From Magallana gigas (taxonomy: Eukaryota), in the NCBI RefSeq assembly GCF_963853765.1, contig NC_088853.1:66092001-66156000 (forward strand): a stretch of DNA of 64,000 bases. The letters are read 5' to 3'. Below, piece after piece: positions 25,125 through 39,354 of the stretch. Below the pieces are notes generated by a model. That model worked only from the letters and a program-made list of their open reading frames with translations. It was not told the origin of the DNA and did no database searches. Every line of letters begins with the position of its first letter. Within the stretch, counting starts at the first letter, position 1. The position numbers were made by a program, and so were the translations under genes.

Positions 25125-25983
25125 CTGAAATTTTAGAAAAACGTGTCATTCTTACATGTTTTTATCACTGTTCTTTACGTTGTCAAGATACATTGTTACA
25201 ATCCAATATAACAGAAAATGTGGATTTTTAAAAAAAAAAGAATTACTGGCTAATTTATGAAAAATAACGACCTGCTATGTAAGTTCAGCTGACAGCAATA
25301 CAAATTAACCAATCAGCCATTTGAAAATTGAGTGATAACTAGAACATGATTGAATGCCCGAAATCTACGATTCAATAACACAATGAAGATATTTGGTTAA
25401 TGGAACTATAGGAATTTATTCCGACTTATAAAATGTTTGCCAAATTCTTATTTATACTCTGATATTATGTAAACGTTGGCAAACATCGTTCAAATTCTTT
25501 TTTTTATTTAGAGCTAGTGGATTGTTATTAATGACGCTACGTTAATTCGAGTGAACCTGTGGTAAAAACTTAACAAAAGATGTGAAAAAGAAACATTTAG
25601 ATTCAGTTGCAAAATTTGAATTGCATTTATCGTAGATTTTGCGTTAGTTAAATGTAAGCAGTATTCAAATTTATATTTTTAAGTTATATCTTACATAAGA
25701 CAAAATAAGCAATAAACTAATCATAACGTATGCATTACAAAAAAGAAGGCGTATATCTTAAATTTAAATGATGATTATTTGCATATAATTCATTATAAAG
25801 TCACAATTTAAAAGAAAAAAATAAACGTTTAAAATACCTATCGTATTGTTGCGTGGGGGAATCATATGGTATATATATGAATTTGTTTAACTAACCAAAA
25901 ACGCGTTAATATCAAAAATAAAATAAAACAAAATGATATCCATATACATGTAGTAAAAATCATAGTACACAAAAATCACTAAC

Positions 25984-26208
25984 CCCATTTGGAAACAGAA
26001 GTCAAAGCTTGTAAGGTAAGCCTTTCAATTTTACGCCTTTGCAGGAGGTCAACTCTCCAGAGAGCGTAGTTTTGATGCTCAGAGGTCACAGCGCAATGAC
26101 CCGAATACAAACTCTGGTCATTCTTTTGACCATCAACAGCAGCCTTACTTCCGGTAGTACTAAAAAATGTGGAGGACTGGAATGTCGGTTTATGTAGGGC
26201 TAGATTTC
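25984..26208 (-). CDS. Gene A FTP2 N-half (GNLALHKPTFQSST...AAVDGQK...GHC...LWRVDL...SKW)
   Basis: TAG acceptor, GTTAGT donor, 225 nt, open; translated by hand. Confidence 0.88.
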
Positions 26209-26410
26209 CTAGAAAACAATTGTGTAAAGTTATATTAAAATAGCTGTGGATATATAAGTGTAAAAAGTGAAATGTACACTTTCTATCAGTTGTCTATTTT
26301 CTCTAGGTATGAAAGTTAATTATGAAAAAAAAAAACTTAAAGGATGTGAGAAATAATCATTTTGAAGAGAAAAAAAAGCTCATTTGATCATGAAAAGTAA
26401 AGAAAATTAC

Positions 26411-26554
26411 CCCGATCGTAGAATTTGCACTGTTCACCATAGTATCCTGGGTTGCAGGCTCCAATACATTCCCCAGTTTTGGGGTTACAGTATTGACAAT
26501 TATTTGGACAAGGTTCGTCACAATACGGTCCTTTGAAGCCAAGTTCGGGGCAGC
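26411..26554 (-). CDS. Gene A EGF-like exon (GCPELGFKGPYCDEPCPNNCQYCNPKTGECIGACNPGYYGEQCKFYDR)
   Basis: AAG acceptor, GTAATT donor, 144 nt; not in the ORF track in this frame, translated by hand. Confidence 0.88.
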
Positions 26555-26837
26555 CTTTTTAGGCAAGAATACAAACAAGATTACTTATATACTAAATAAT
26601 TGATTAAAGGAATATCAGGTTTAGATTTTGAGATTTTATTAAATACTAAAAAAAATTATACGCATCATTCTCCAACTTCGTAAAATGTGTAACAAATATT
26701 GTACGCAATTTAAAGACAAAAATGTTTCACATACAAAACTGTAACACAATTATTTTTGCAAATGTTGCATGAGATAATAGAGAAAGTTATCTTGTAATGA
26801 AAGTAAACTAGACTATTCTCTATGTATATCAACTAAC

Positions 26838-27089
26838 CAAACACTTCGACTTCACACAGTTCAATGTATGCTTCCTTTGAATAAGTGGGCTTCTGGGTCA
26901 GGTTTCCCTCTCTCGTGTTGTAATATATCACGTACCGGCCCACAACTTGACAAGAGATGTTCATGACGCTTTGTATGGAGCTGGCATCATTTTTGGTATC
27001 GTGAAAACAGAGGAACCCATCATCTTTGTTTGTTGTATTGGATACGTAAACAGAAAAACCCAGGAATCTGCTCGCATACTTGCTGGATT
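26838..27089 (-). CDS. Gene A FTP1 C-half (SSKYASRFLGFSVYVSNTTNKDDG...GRYVIYYN...LCEVEVFG)
   Basis: TAG acceptor, GTTAGT donor, 252 nt, within ORF 26833-27102. Confidence 0.9.
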
Positions 27090-28577
27090 CTAGATCAATC
27101 AATTATAAAATTCTTAACATATTTGCACAAACTTGTGTTTAAGGTAATGACCCATACCTTATTAATAAAATCAAATACATTATTTATTAAATTTTACCCA
27201 TTTGGCTGGTCCATCGGTTTTTAAAGCTAGGGCCGTAATTAAAAATATAACCGATTGTGGAAAATACTGGTGTTTTTATTCAAACATTAAGAATATTAGC
27301 CTAAGCCTGAAATTTGACTTTCAGAAAATCGGTTTTGACTGATATCTTATGTAAAATGAACAAAAGAATTTTACGAAACAATTTATCTTATACCAAGCTT
27401 GCCTATTTATTAAAAAAACCCAGATAACATTGCTTACAAATGAAATGATATGATGCAAACGTTCAAAGAGAGTTTTATCTATTGCAATTTTATATGCGTA
27501 CAGATTTCTCTGAAATGTTGACAGTGCTTGTTTACTTCTAAAGGCCCTTAATCAACTGTAAATAAAATTACCCAAATATATCCTCGTCTTGATCACAGAG
27601 TACAGTGTATTTTTGGTCAAAATCATTAACATAAAATTTTTGGAAAAGATTTCCTAAGAATAATACTGTGCAAAAGGTTGTTATTTCATCACCTTTAAAA
27701 AGGTTAAGCTTATTGTAAACATAATTTGAACAAATCTTTGATTTATTTTTATTATTTTAATTGCAACAGAAGTTTTCTTTGGATATCGGTACATCTTTTT
27801 AGAAATTACCGCTACTTAGAAAACGCTGTTTACCCGATATGCTTTCTAGACAAAATCTCTATTCAACATGTTTCCTGGTTTTAAGGATTGTTCTTTTCAT
27901 AAGCTATAACTCAAATTCTAAAACACACTTCTTCTTGGAAAGGGGGTTATACTTATTCTCGTTGCTTAACAAATAGAACAGATATGATATTCTAGTAATT
28001 AAGGGTATAGAATGAAGATAGAATTGTTTAAGAATAAGGTCAATTTTTTTCCCTCTTTTTGTGTATTTATCTTCCTTATGCACTTGAATCGATCATGGTC
28101 AGGATTTATTTTGATGATTTTGAACTTTCAAGAAAAAAGTTTAAATATTCAACTCAACCTTACAAAATAATGACATTTATACAGAAAAAGGTAATGGTCT
28201 ATATTTTAAAAACGAGTACCCAATCGTGTCATGTTTGTATTGCGCTGATCAATAACAATTGATTGCAGTTGTCGAGATTGTTAAAATAAGTGTTTTAAAT
28301 CAATTTCTAGGTTAGCCTGGTTAAACTAAACCTATTTATCGTTATGTCTTCATTAGATTCCTCACGGACAAGACGATATGCCGCCTGAATTACGTCCGAC
28401 GATGTTTTTGTGATTTATTGATAATTACATTCATTTGAGTGCATACGCAATTTTATGTATCTCTTTGATCACCGTACGGGTAAACAATGTTATTAATATC
28501 TATATATGATAGGGTACCTTTAAGAGATTCTTTTTAGAACACATTTAATACAGAGAGTAATGCTGACCATTCTTAAC

Positions 28578-29148
28578 NNNNNNNNNNNNNNNNNNNNNNN
28601 NNNNNNNNNNNNNNNNNNNNNNNNNNNNNNNNNNNNNNNNNNNNNNNNNNNNNNNNNNNNNNNNNNNNNNNNNNNNNNNNNNNNNNNNNNNNNNNNNNNN
28701 NNNNNNNNNNNNNNNNNNNNNNNNNNNNNNNNNNNNNNNNNNNNNNNNNNNNNNNNNNNNNNNNNNNNNNNNNNNNNNNNNNNNNNNNNNNNNNNNNNNN
28801 NNNNNNNNNNNNNNNNNNNNNNNNNNNNNNNNNNNNNNNNNNNNNNNNNNNNNNNNNNNNNNNNNNNNNNNNNNNNNNNNNNNNNNNNNNNNNNNNNNNN
28901 NNNNNNNNNNNNNNNNNNNNNNNNNNNNNNNNNNNNNNNNNNNNNNNNNNNNNNNNNNNNNNNNNNNNNNNNNNNNNNNNNNNNNNNNNNNNNNNNNNNN
29001 NNNNNNNNNNNNNNNNNNNNNNNNNNNNNNNNNNNNNNNNNNNNNNNNNNNNNNNNNNNNNNNNNNNNNNNNNNNNNNNNNNNNNNNNNNNNNNNNNNNN
29101 NNNNNNNNNNNNNNNNNNNNNNNNNNNNNNNNNNNNNNNNNNNNNNNN
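28578..29148. other. Assembly gap (N run)
   Basis: Direct. Confidence 1.
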
Positions 29149-29201
29149 TATGTTACTACAATTGATAATAATAACAACAATGTTAACATCAGAAGACTCA
29201 C

Positions 29202-29423
29202 TCCACGTCTTGCCCTCTGTCCTGTAATATATCACGATATTGTGTATAACTTGAATAGACTGGAGGTCCACCATCCAAGTGGCGCCGTGTGGTGTCCCGT
29301 CAGAAATAGCACATTGGTTACCGGCCGCCGAACGGCTAGACTTTAGATAATCTACAGCCCTTTCTGGAGGATAGATGCTAATGCTTGGTATCTGCCAGGT
29401 TGGCCTTTTGTAGGCCAGATTAT
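29202..29423 (-). CDS. Gene A FTP1 N-half (DNLAYKRPTWQ...AVDY...GNQC...WMVDL...YYRTEGKTW)
   Basis: Open 222-nt frame, GTGAGT donor. The acceptor is ambiguous: a weak GAG at 29424-29425, or an upstream AAG at 29454-29455 that brings in an in-frame TGA at 29425-29427. Confidence 0.75.
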
Positions 29424-31839
29424 CTCAAATTATAAAAATTAAAAACAATGCATCTTAAAAATAACTATTGCTGTTAAATGTAACAAATCATCTCATATTC
29501 AGAAACCCAGAAACGTCGGTTAAGACGTAAAACCTTTATATTTTTGCCATTGAGTAATCTGTTGAACATTTGACAGCGTTACACGAATGAGTGTGAATGT
29601 AAATCAAATAATACTTACAAATACAATCTGTTAAGGAGATCAATATAAGAGTCAGGAAGAAATAAACATATGTCCGTACACCCATCGTTTCTATATATTC
29701 AAAGAACATGAAAACATCATCATTTGTAAATGCTTTTTTTCGTAATGATTATGGATGCAAAATATGTGATGCCAAATAAGCTTTTTGAATACTAATATTG
29801 CAATAATTAAAGTAATTAATTTCATTGCAAACATCTTGTGTTACAACCTTACATTTATTTCATATTTATGAATATGTTTGTCTTGTTAAGGTGTTATTAA
29901 AGTGTTTAAGTATTATTTTATTTCTACCTCTTCATCTTGAATATCTTTTAGGCGCCAGTATTTAATATCAAACCTCTAATATCCAACATTAAGATTTATA
30001 TTTCTCTAACTTATGTAAATCAATGCACTTTTATTTAAAAAAAAAAGAGAACTATTTCTTTTGCAAAAGCCACCTAAAGTCAGGATACTGTTAAATAGTG
30101 AAACAATGTTTTGTAACTCTTTTGAACTCTAATTTAGCTAACACAAAAAATCAAAGTACTTGGGAGTCATTGTTGATGAGAAATCTCGTATTTTTTTATG
30201 TTCTGATATTTATTTTATCATTCTGGGGTTTTGGTTACACAATCATCATCATATTTTGTTACAAGATAAATTTCTTAGTTATTTATTATTAGCACGTCCG
30301 GTTTGTTTAATGTTATTTCTTTGTTATATAAACAGAGAGACTGACAGATAAGTGACAAGTTTGGTGTATTTTTAGATGTATTTAATTAATCACACGGATA
30401 TTACTTAATACATATCTCGCACTTGAACGCATTAATACAAATGAAATGTAGCGAAAACGAACAGTGTTTTAGATCAAAAGCAGAAAACAAAAATACAAAC
30501 CAGAACAAGAGCAAACACCAACCTCTTAAAAAAAACTAGAGTAACCTAGTCTATGATGTTTTATTTGTATATTGAACATGCATGTCTACATGTATTCACT
30601 TACTTCAAAAGGCATATTTTAAGACTAAATACTGTATAAAAAGGTATATTATTCATTATTGTGTTGTTAGGCAAGCTATTCAGTAATATCAACAATATAA
30701 ACAAACAAGTATATATGTATATTGTGTTTTTCTGATTTTATTCAAGACTTGGAATAGTGTATATATTTGCCAGACTCGCCCGGCAAAATTATAATTGAAG
30801 CAAAGAAATTGGTAAAAAAACCTTACAGATGTCCAAATTGTCTCAGATGATTAGAACTGTATCTAAATTTCGAGATAAACCTTAAAAAGTTTTTTTTTTA
30901 ACTTATTGATAGCTAGCTATAACTGCTTTAAGATACAATGTAAAAAATAAACCGGATGAAACAAAATATGGCGATGCTATGTTGGAACAATTATAGAAAC
31001 ATGAATAATGCACTACGCTAATGAAAAATGCATGCAAATAATTTCATGCAAACATTGGTTATTTTTTCATATTAATGACACAATGAAATGTGTTCACATG
31101 CTTCAATTCTAACTTCAATAAACGCAAAATATGTTCTTACGCATGAATGTTTTGTTTTATGATAGGTCCGTTTGCCAATGGGTGGATACATGTACATAGT
31201 TAAAACATATTTCACGTGATGAATGTATGATATGTATCTCTTTATGATCTTTATTTCTGTATCTCCTCAGAATTGTAACATTCATTAAAATTGGCTTTGT
31301 GTTTAAATTATTCAAAACTTTCAAATAAACTTTGTACTTTTAAAACAGATTTGCAATAAATTATAATAGATAGCGTCATGTTAATGTTTCATAAACTTTA
31401 AAAACACATTATAACAACACAAGCGTTATTTGAAATGTAAACGTCTGGACTGAAAAAAAAAACTTTAAAAAATGTACTTTGAAAACTGAAGTTTGAAAGC
31501 ACTAACGTTAGTTGTAGTGGAATCATAAGAATTCGCGGTGGCTCAATTTTGGTGGTACTCGTGGGAAACCCCACACAAGAATTTACATCATCGACGAAAA
31601 CAAACTTAGAGAGTTTTCTTACTGAAAGTGAAAACCGACGCATCCACGAAATGACATCCCCAAGAATAAAAAAAATGATCCACAAAAATTGGACACCATG
31701 AATTTAAAGGATTCCAGTTTTTATCTGAGGACTTAAGTTATGTGAGCCGGGATTTATTCAATACGATAATGATGTTAACTTATGTCCTGTTAACTCTGTT
31801 CACAATAAGTCCATTTATGATGAAGGGGTATAAGCATAC

Positions 31840-32048
31840 ACTGTAAACGTATTGTATTTGGTGCGTACGCTATTTGGCGGAAATTAGTTTTCGAACAAGT
31901 TGGCGTGGATTTGAATTAGCGTATTCCTGAATATGACTTTTCTTATACATAGATGTATGGTATTTAGCGATGTATTTGATTTAGCGGAGGGCAACATTCC
32001 GCCAAAAGCGCTAAATAGAATACACAGCCAAATGTAGTACGTTTACAG
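31840..32048. mobile_element. Short MITE (CTGTAAACG...CGTTTACAG)
   Basis: Terminal inverted repeats; absent from copy 2 at ~43210. Confidence 0.6.
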
Positions 32049-32134
32049 TACGTTCTTTTTTCCGATATTCCTACCATTGGCCGAAAATTATTCATTCCGT
32101 CTTTACATTTGCAAGAAAGTTCTTCAGGGTTTTG

Positions 32135-33357
32135 TTTTTAGCTCATCTGAGCCAAAGGCTCAAGTGAGCTTTTCTGATTACAATTTGTCCGGTGTCTGTT
32201 TTTGTCGTCGTTGTCGTCGTCGTTGTTGTAAACTTTTCACATTTCATCGTCTTCTCAAAAACCTCTGGGCAGATTTTAACCAAATTTGGCACAAAGCACC
32301 ACTAGGTAAAGGGGATTCAAGTTTGTCAAATATAAGGACATTCCCTTTTTAAAGGGGAGATTAATTGAGAATTATTGAAAATTTGTTGGTATTTTTCAAA
32401 ATATTTTCTTCTCAGAAACTATTCGGCCCGAAAAGCTTAAACTTGTGTGGAGGCATCCTCAGATAGTGTAGATTTAAGTTGGTTCAAATCGCGGTCCCCG
32501 GGGAAGGGAGGGGCCACAAGAGGGGGATCAAGTTTTACATAGAAATATATAGAGAAACTCTTTAAAAATCTTCTTCTCAAAAACTATCAGGCCAGAAAAG
32601 CTGAAATTAAAATGGTAGTATTCTCAGATAGTGTAGATTCAAGTTTGTTCAAATCATGGTCCCCGGAATTAGGGTGGGGCCACAATAGGGGGATCAAGTT
32701 CTACATAGAAATATACAGAGAAAATCTTTAAAAATCTTCTCAAAAACTATTAGGCCAGAAAAGCTCAAATTCAAATAGAAGCATCCTCAGGTAGTGTAGT
32801 TTAAATCATGGTCCCTGGGGGTAGGGTGGGGCCACAAATGGGAGGATCAAGTTTTGAAAATCTTCTTCTCAAAATCTATTAGGCCAGGAAAGCTCAAATA
32901 TGAGTGGAAGCATCCTCAGATAGTGTAGATTCAAGTGTGTGCAAATCATGGTCCCCGGGGGTAGGGTGGGGCCACAATTAAGGGAGGAATTTTTACATAG
33001 AAATACATAGAGAAAATCTTTAAATATATTCTGGGAAAGTTTTAGGTCCAGTGTGAAAGCACAGGTTATGCAGATTTAAGTTTGATGACGCCAAGATTCC
33101 CTAGAAAAAAAGTGGGGCCATGAAATGGGGGGGGGGGGGTGGTTATAGGAATAGAGAAAAATCTTAGTACAACAACAAAAGGTGTTTGGTATTTATCCAA
33201 AAAAAGAAGTAAATGAAAATTGGCAGATTTTCATTTTTTTTTTAGCAATATCTACCGTACTTAGTTGTCAAGATATTTTGATACTGTAATGTTAATTTGA
33301 TAAGAATTAAGGCAATTGTTGCTCAGGTGAGCGAGGTGGCCCCTGTGCCTCTTGTTT
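32135..33357 (+). mobile_element. Non-autonomous Helentron (HINE) with ~166-bp tandem monomers
   Basis: AGCTCATCTGAG...CTCAGGTGAGC subTIRs and 3' hairpin; absent at the T-rich empty site of copy 2 (~43290). Confidence 0.85.
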
Positions 33358-34401
33358 GGTTTGTTTTTATTTATTTTTTTGTTCCATTTCTATTTTTCAA
33401 TTAAGTGATTATTTTCGTTTAAAAACTTTTTAAAAGTGTGCAAGTTTGAGTTTGCGGAAAATTAACAATAAGCTGAAGTTAAAACAGACGCTCGACAAGT
33501 ATTCATGCAGGTCAGACTAAAATGTCAGCAACTGGAAACAAGTGCACCGTATCCTTTGCCTCAACTGAAGTCACTTGGTTGTTTGATTTACAGACAAAAG
33601 ACAGTATCATGAGATTGTGTTATACCACGTGATCTACATTTGATGTGCTCATTTAATTCCCATGAAAGATTGATTTTCGGAAATGGACCAATAATAATGG
33701 TGTTTTCTAACCCATCACCATTGCTCGGATATAGAAAATACACAAATCATTCCATAAACATCGTATACCATCGCGAATCATAAGTGATCGTATATTTATA
33801 CAATGTTAAGGGAATACATTTTATTTGTATGGTATACATGCATGGAAAAGTAATTCATGAAAATAAAAAGACAAAAATGTACGATTGCAACATTCTAAAA
33901 CATAGCAACTGCAATATGTTGAATGATAAATATATATTCAAATACATTGGTCAAATTGTTTAGGTAATTGTTGATCTTTTTTTCTTATTTCAATCCCGAA
34001 CATTTTCACACTATTACTAAAACTCTTTCAATGTGACCAAGCATGATTATGAAAATCTAATATTAAGAAAGTATTTTAAAGACAAACCTAAGCAGATTCT
34101 AGGCCAAATTTAAATCAATCTAAAATATAGAATCAAAGCTGATTTTGGACTTTTCTAAACTACAAGTACGATGTCTCAGACGATCTAAACTGGTATATAG
34201 ATTGCCAAGTGCGCAGCACTTAAGATATATTTAAGAGGAATAATAATAACTTTTGATATATTTAAAAAACAGTAATTTTGAAACATTTGTGCTAAAATCG
34301 TGTTTAAAACCCCTTAGAACCTTTGTTGCTATTGCTATTTGCAGACAGGCTATATATTCTTTATATCAATCATTTTTTACACATGTTGTACCCAACTTAT
34401 A

Positions 34402-35323
34402 CTGTAAAATGAGAAATTATAGCGCACTACAAATTTTAGCGCCTTTGGCGCAACTGCCTCTAAGCTCTAAAATTAATAGTGCGCCAACGATTTTCCATAT
34501 GTATTAAATTTCTTCAAGTTGCAAAACAATAACGTCAGTCATTTTTAAGGCTATATAGAAGTGTTTATTTAAATATCAGATGCTGTCGGTTCTGTTTGTT
34601 TAAACAATTACACAGGTAAACGGTATGGGTTATCGGGTAGAAGTGCCTAATAATGGATTAATTAATTCAGTTTTAATTGCTTTTTATTATCTCTCATCAG
34701 CACCCTGAAAATTGGGCTTCTACCGATACCACTTCCATTTAGCGCCTCGATGTGAAAATGTGATTAAGCGTGGCGATCGTTAACGCTGACAATACATGAT
34801 TGATCATAATTTCTTTGATCTCCGATTAGTGGATAAAAAGATAACAAGACAATACGTATTTTTTTAATGTAAAATTACTGTGAAAAAGATGCTCTCATGT
34901 TGATCGAAACTAATGGTAAATGTTGCATTCGATTTCACTTTTAGTTTCGGGACTCTTCTAATGTTATCCAAGTCGACACGTTAAATTCAAAGTCCGATAA
35001 CTCAAATTTGTTTACCAACAAAAATTACACATCATCGCCAATAAATGAGGTTTTCATATCTATCTACTGACGATTTACACAAAAGTAAGTGTATTGATCT
35101 CAACGACAGTTTACCGTGCAAGAGAGATACAATTCAAAGTCGTTTTGTTCACGTGCTTGAGTGAACACAGAACTAAATTTTGGGAATGATCGTTTATCAA
35201 ACAACAACATTTTTGTATTTTTTTTTAAAGAAAAGATGCATGCGCTAAAATATAATTGCGCTAATATACTGGCACTTGCGTTTGCGCTAAAATACATGTG
35301 CGCAAAATTTTCTCGTTTTACAG
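34402..35323. mobile_element. MITE with TA flanks (Tc1/mariner-like); left-truncated copy at ~44240-45134
   Basis: TA|CTGTAAAATGAGAAATT ... AATTTTCTCGTTTTACAG|TA. Confidence 0.65.
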
Positions 35324-36548
35324 TATTGTTTTTTAACAATCATTCCCTTTTCTGATGACAATGTTTTGTATATTTTAACTACAATTCATCAAAACAACAA
35401 AAATCAACGGTTGAACCCGCTTTTGTAGAATAATAATGGTGATTGTACTTTAAAAAAGGCTGGGTGGTCAACGCATTAACAAGATATACCTCAAATTTCA
35501 GCCATAATTTGTAAAGCTTAAACAGTTATTCAGTAGACAAAAATTCCACATAATTATGTTCTTAACTTCAAGTATTTTTACCTTATTTTATGCATAGCAC
35601 TTTTTTTTTAAAGAAGGTCAGTTTCATAAAAAGTTACCACTGCTATCCGTCCCTCATAACAATTACTGCGGTTTGTTGAACCGAATCTGATTAGATAGTC
35701 AAAAGTATCTTTTCTTTTTGTTTAATGTTTTGTTATTCAACACCGACAACAGTATTATATTTTTTATGAAAGAAATGTTTTAATTTTTTTTAAAGAAATA
35801 TTTAATTTACTGTAAATATATAAATCGTTCGTTTAAATGACATATTAGTATTTGTAGAGTGTCCACAAACCTCAAGAATAACAAATGTTACCTAAAGTAA
35901 AACGCGTAAAACTACAAATAGTATGGAACTCCTAAATATAAATAAATTGACTCACTAACAAAATTCACAAGTTAAAACAACAATTAAACATTTTATCTTA
36001 TTTATTTACTAGCTGATTGTTACGATTACACGGGGCAGTTAAATGGACGGTACTCCCACAGGCCGGTCATAAGTCTATAGTCATTTTACAGACAACACAC
36101 ATCGCATGGTGAAACAGTTCATAGTCAGAAACCCCATGACAAATTACAGAAATTCCAGGAGATTCCTCCTCCTCCCATTTTCCGGGGACTCTTTCCTCGC
36201 AGAAGATACTTTAAATACTTTAATTAGCGAGCTCTAACGTCACAACACAAAAACAAGCAACCAAGTGCCATATGAAAACATACAATAGCTGATTATATAT
36301 GTATCTCAACAATGTTAATACTTAAATACGGAACTACCGGTGAAGATATCCACAGCTTTCTAAAATATGTTTTGATAAGAACAGAACTTTTAAATAAAAA
36401 AAAAATCATACATTGAAATGAAGTGGACAATGCAAACTTTAAAAAAAAACACAAACAAAACCGATTTTTAAAAAGTGTAATTGTTATAAAATATTATATC
36501 AACATTCAGTGCTTTTAATAAAGATAATTTTAAGATCAACTATATTAA

Positions 36549-37560
36549 AACCCTGTCACACATAGTTGGATTTCCATAGCGTACTAACATCGTTGTAAAA
36601 TTCATGGAATCGCCGAAGGATCGCAAACCAAATTCAGAAAAAAATGTTCAATTTTATCAGAATTTTTCACGAATAAAAATGTCACGGCGTCCTGACAGCG
36701 ACTGAGGGTTTCTACTGAACTCCCGCGGCGTGTAATTGTGTTTCCACAGATTTCTACTTGGCGATTGATTGTGGTCTCGCTGAGTATCCGCCAAGTGGTC
36801 TTTACACTTTACAACTGGTAAATGAATGATTAAAATATGTTTTTGTTTTGACAAAATAAGGTACCTAGTAAATTGAAACGTAACTAGTTTCTAACAAAAA
36901 TTGTGCAAGACACACATCCTAGTAAACATCCTAGCAAACAGGTCTACAAAAATAACCGTTATTAGTTGTTGGAAAAAATGTGAAAACATCAGAACAAAAC
37001 GACATGAATTCGATCTACGTCATCCAATAGGTCCTTGAGTATTCGCAAAGTCTCCTTTTTAAACACTCATCTACATCAAGTTTAAGATTACTATACGCTA
37101 GCTTTTGTACAACAGCCGTTATTCAAATTTTCGTAATCTGGTTGACATTGCACTAGCAATTTTAAGCGCGGTATAAACGCAGAGGAAACGTCAAGAGAGC
37201 GCAATGGACGAGGCAACAGCTCTTTGGGGTCGCTGTGTGAACGTAGCGAAATGAAAAACAACTTGTTCTAACGCTGTGGATGCGCAGCAATGGCGCGGTG
37301 GAGACGCAGTGACATCACAAATGACTCCGATTGGTCTCCGTGCAAGTGCAGTTAACTGATCACAGCGTCTACACTGCGAATGGCTGCGTTCCTTGAGCAC
37401 GCCAACAGAGCTATTGTGGCGGGTTTTGAGTCCTTACGGTGCAAATGAAGATGCCGTTGCATTGTTACGGCGCTGAAGTAGACTCTACTGCGTGGTGATC
37501 TACATTATTTAAGGACTCATCGGTATCGCCATGAAGACGCGCTCCGGTGTGACAGGGGTC
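36549..37560. mobile_element. Non-autonomous DNA transposon, Kolobok-like
   Basis: TTAA flanks; TIR AACCCTGTCACAC ... GTGTGACAGGGGTC with purine-purine 5' termini. Confidence 0.55.
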
Positions 37561-39282
37561 TTAAAAATATGTTTTATATACAGATAAACACTTTTTGTAC
37601 AATCATTCATTTTATTACGAGAATGTCATAAAAATGGGAAGTCCGCAAATGTTATTGATGCAACATCGTTTTCAATGATTATTTACAGCTATTCTTAAAC
37701 TAATCATGATGAAAAAAATACAATGTAATGTACACATCGATTAGGAAATATTCTGTACGTTATTGGTCAACCATATTTTTTTGTTATTGTTTTAAAAACT
37801 GCTACAGTTCACAGTTAAGTAATTGTGTCCAGATAAAGGCATGAGTTCCGTGATTACAAGAGCGATTCCTAAAAGAGAGTTAAAAAAGAAAGTTAAAAGT
37901 AAAAACGTAAAAAAAAAAATACAAAATGAAATACAAAATGAAAAAAAAAAATAGAAGAGCATAAAATACTATAGAACTTGGCTCATAAAAAATATGTTTT
38001 ACCAAATGATTGCGGTGCATCTGCCAGCGGTTAATACATTTAGCAGTCAGTTCTCTATTCCAGTTGATATTTCGAGACTGACATCCGGTTATCATTTGAT
38101 ACAACTATGTGTTAAGTTCTTTTTTTTTTATTTCAGAAAATAAAAAAAAAGAAACAAAAAAATAAAAAAAACAACAAAGAAAACCCACTCATATGTCATC
38201 AGTAGCAGAAAAAATTAAATTAATGAAAGAGATAGTGTGCTGAAAGTGAAATTAAGACAATACAAAACCAAAACACTCGTTGCTATTCAAAAGGAACTAG
38301 CTGTCTCACTCCCTTCGTATGTTTTTTTTTTTCGTCCACGTCCAATTTTGTCTTCTTTAAGTCTTCTAACCGTTGCATTGTTACGGCGCTGAAGTAGACT
38401 CTACTGCGTGGTGATCTACATTATTTAAGGACTCATCGGTATCGCCATGAAGACGCGCTCCGGTGTGACAGGGGTCTTAAAAATATGTTTTATATACAGA
38501 TAAACACTTTTTGTACAATCATTCATTTTATTACGAGAATGTCATAAAAATGGGAAGTCCGCAAATGTTATTGATGCAACATCGTTTTCAATGATTATTT
38601 ACAGCTATTCTTAAACTAATCATGATGAAAAAAATACAATGTAATGTACACATCGATTAGGAAATATTCTGTACGCTATTGGTCAACCATATTTTTTTGT
38701 TATTCTTTTAAAAACTGCTAAATTCACAGTTAAGTAATTGTGTCCAGATAAAGGCATGAGTTCCGTGATTACAAGAAGGATTCCTAAAAGAGAGTTAAAA
38801 AAGAAAGTTAAAAGTAAAAACGTAAAAAAAAAAAAATACAAAATGAAATACAAAATGAAAAAAAAAATAGAAGAGCATAAAATACTATAGAACTTGGCTC
38901 ATAAAAAATATGTTTTACCAAATGATTGCGGTGCATCTGCCAGCGGTTAATACATTTAGCAGTCAGTTCTCTATTCCAGTTGATATTTCGAGACTGACAT
39001 CCGGTTATTATTTGATACAACTATGTGTTAAGTTCTTTTTTTTTATTTCAGAAAATAGAAAAAAAGAAAAAAAAAAAAAAAACAACAAAGAAAACCCACT
39101 CATATGTCATCAGTAGCAGAAAAAATTAAATTAATGAAAGAGATAGTGTGCTGGAAGTGAAATTAAGACAATACAAAACCAAAACACTCGTTGCTATTCA
39201 AAAGGAACTAGCTGTCTCACTCCCTTCGTATGTTTTTTTTTTTTCGTCCACGTCCAATTTTGTCTTCTTTAAGTCTTCTAAC
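37454..39282. repeat. Near-identical ~916-bp direct tandem duplication (37454-38369 / 38370-39282)
   Basis: CCGTTGCATTGTTACGGCG recurs at 37454 and 38370; differences are mostly homopolymer lengths. Confidence 0.9.
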
Positions 39283-39354
39283 TTTACTTCTTTCTTTTCA
39301 ATTTGAAATGACAGAGTTAAATGCTTAAAGTACAAGAAACACTTAAGACACAGC

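Larger units (their letters stand above)
31769..33831 (+). pseudogene. Gene D relic, copy 1: signal-type exon (MMLTYVLLTLFTIS, from 31769) plus degenerate FTP region (~33437-33831)
   Basis: SATGNKCTVSFASTEVTWLFDLQTKDSI matches the FTP GxQC...WxVDL block; multiple stops; intron holds a MITE and a HINE. Confidence 0.5.

Noticed and set aside
28545-29274. Long ORFs of 201-233 aa
   Set aside because: Artefacts of the N run; only 29202-29274 is real coding sequence (FTP1 exon)
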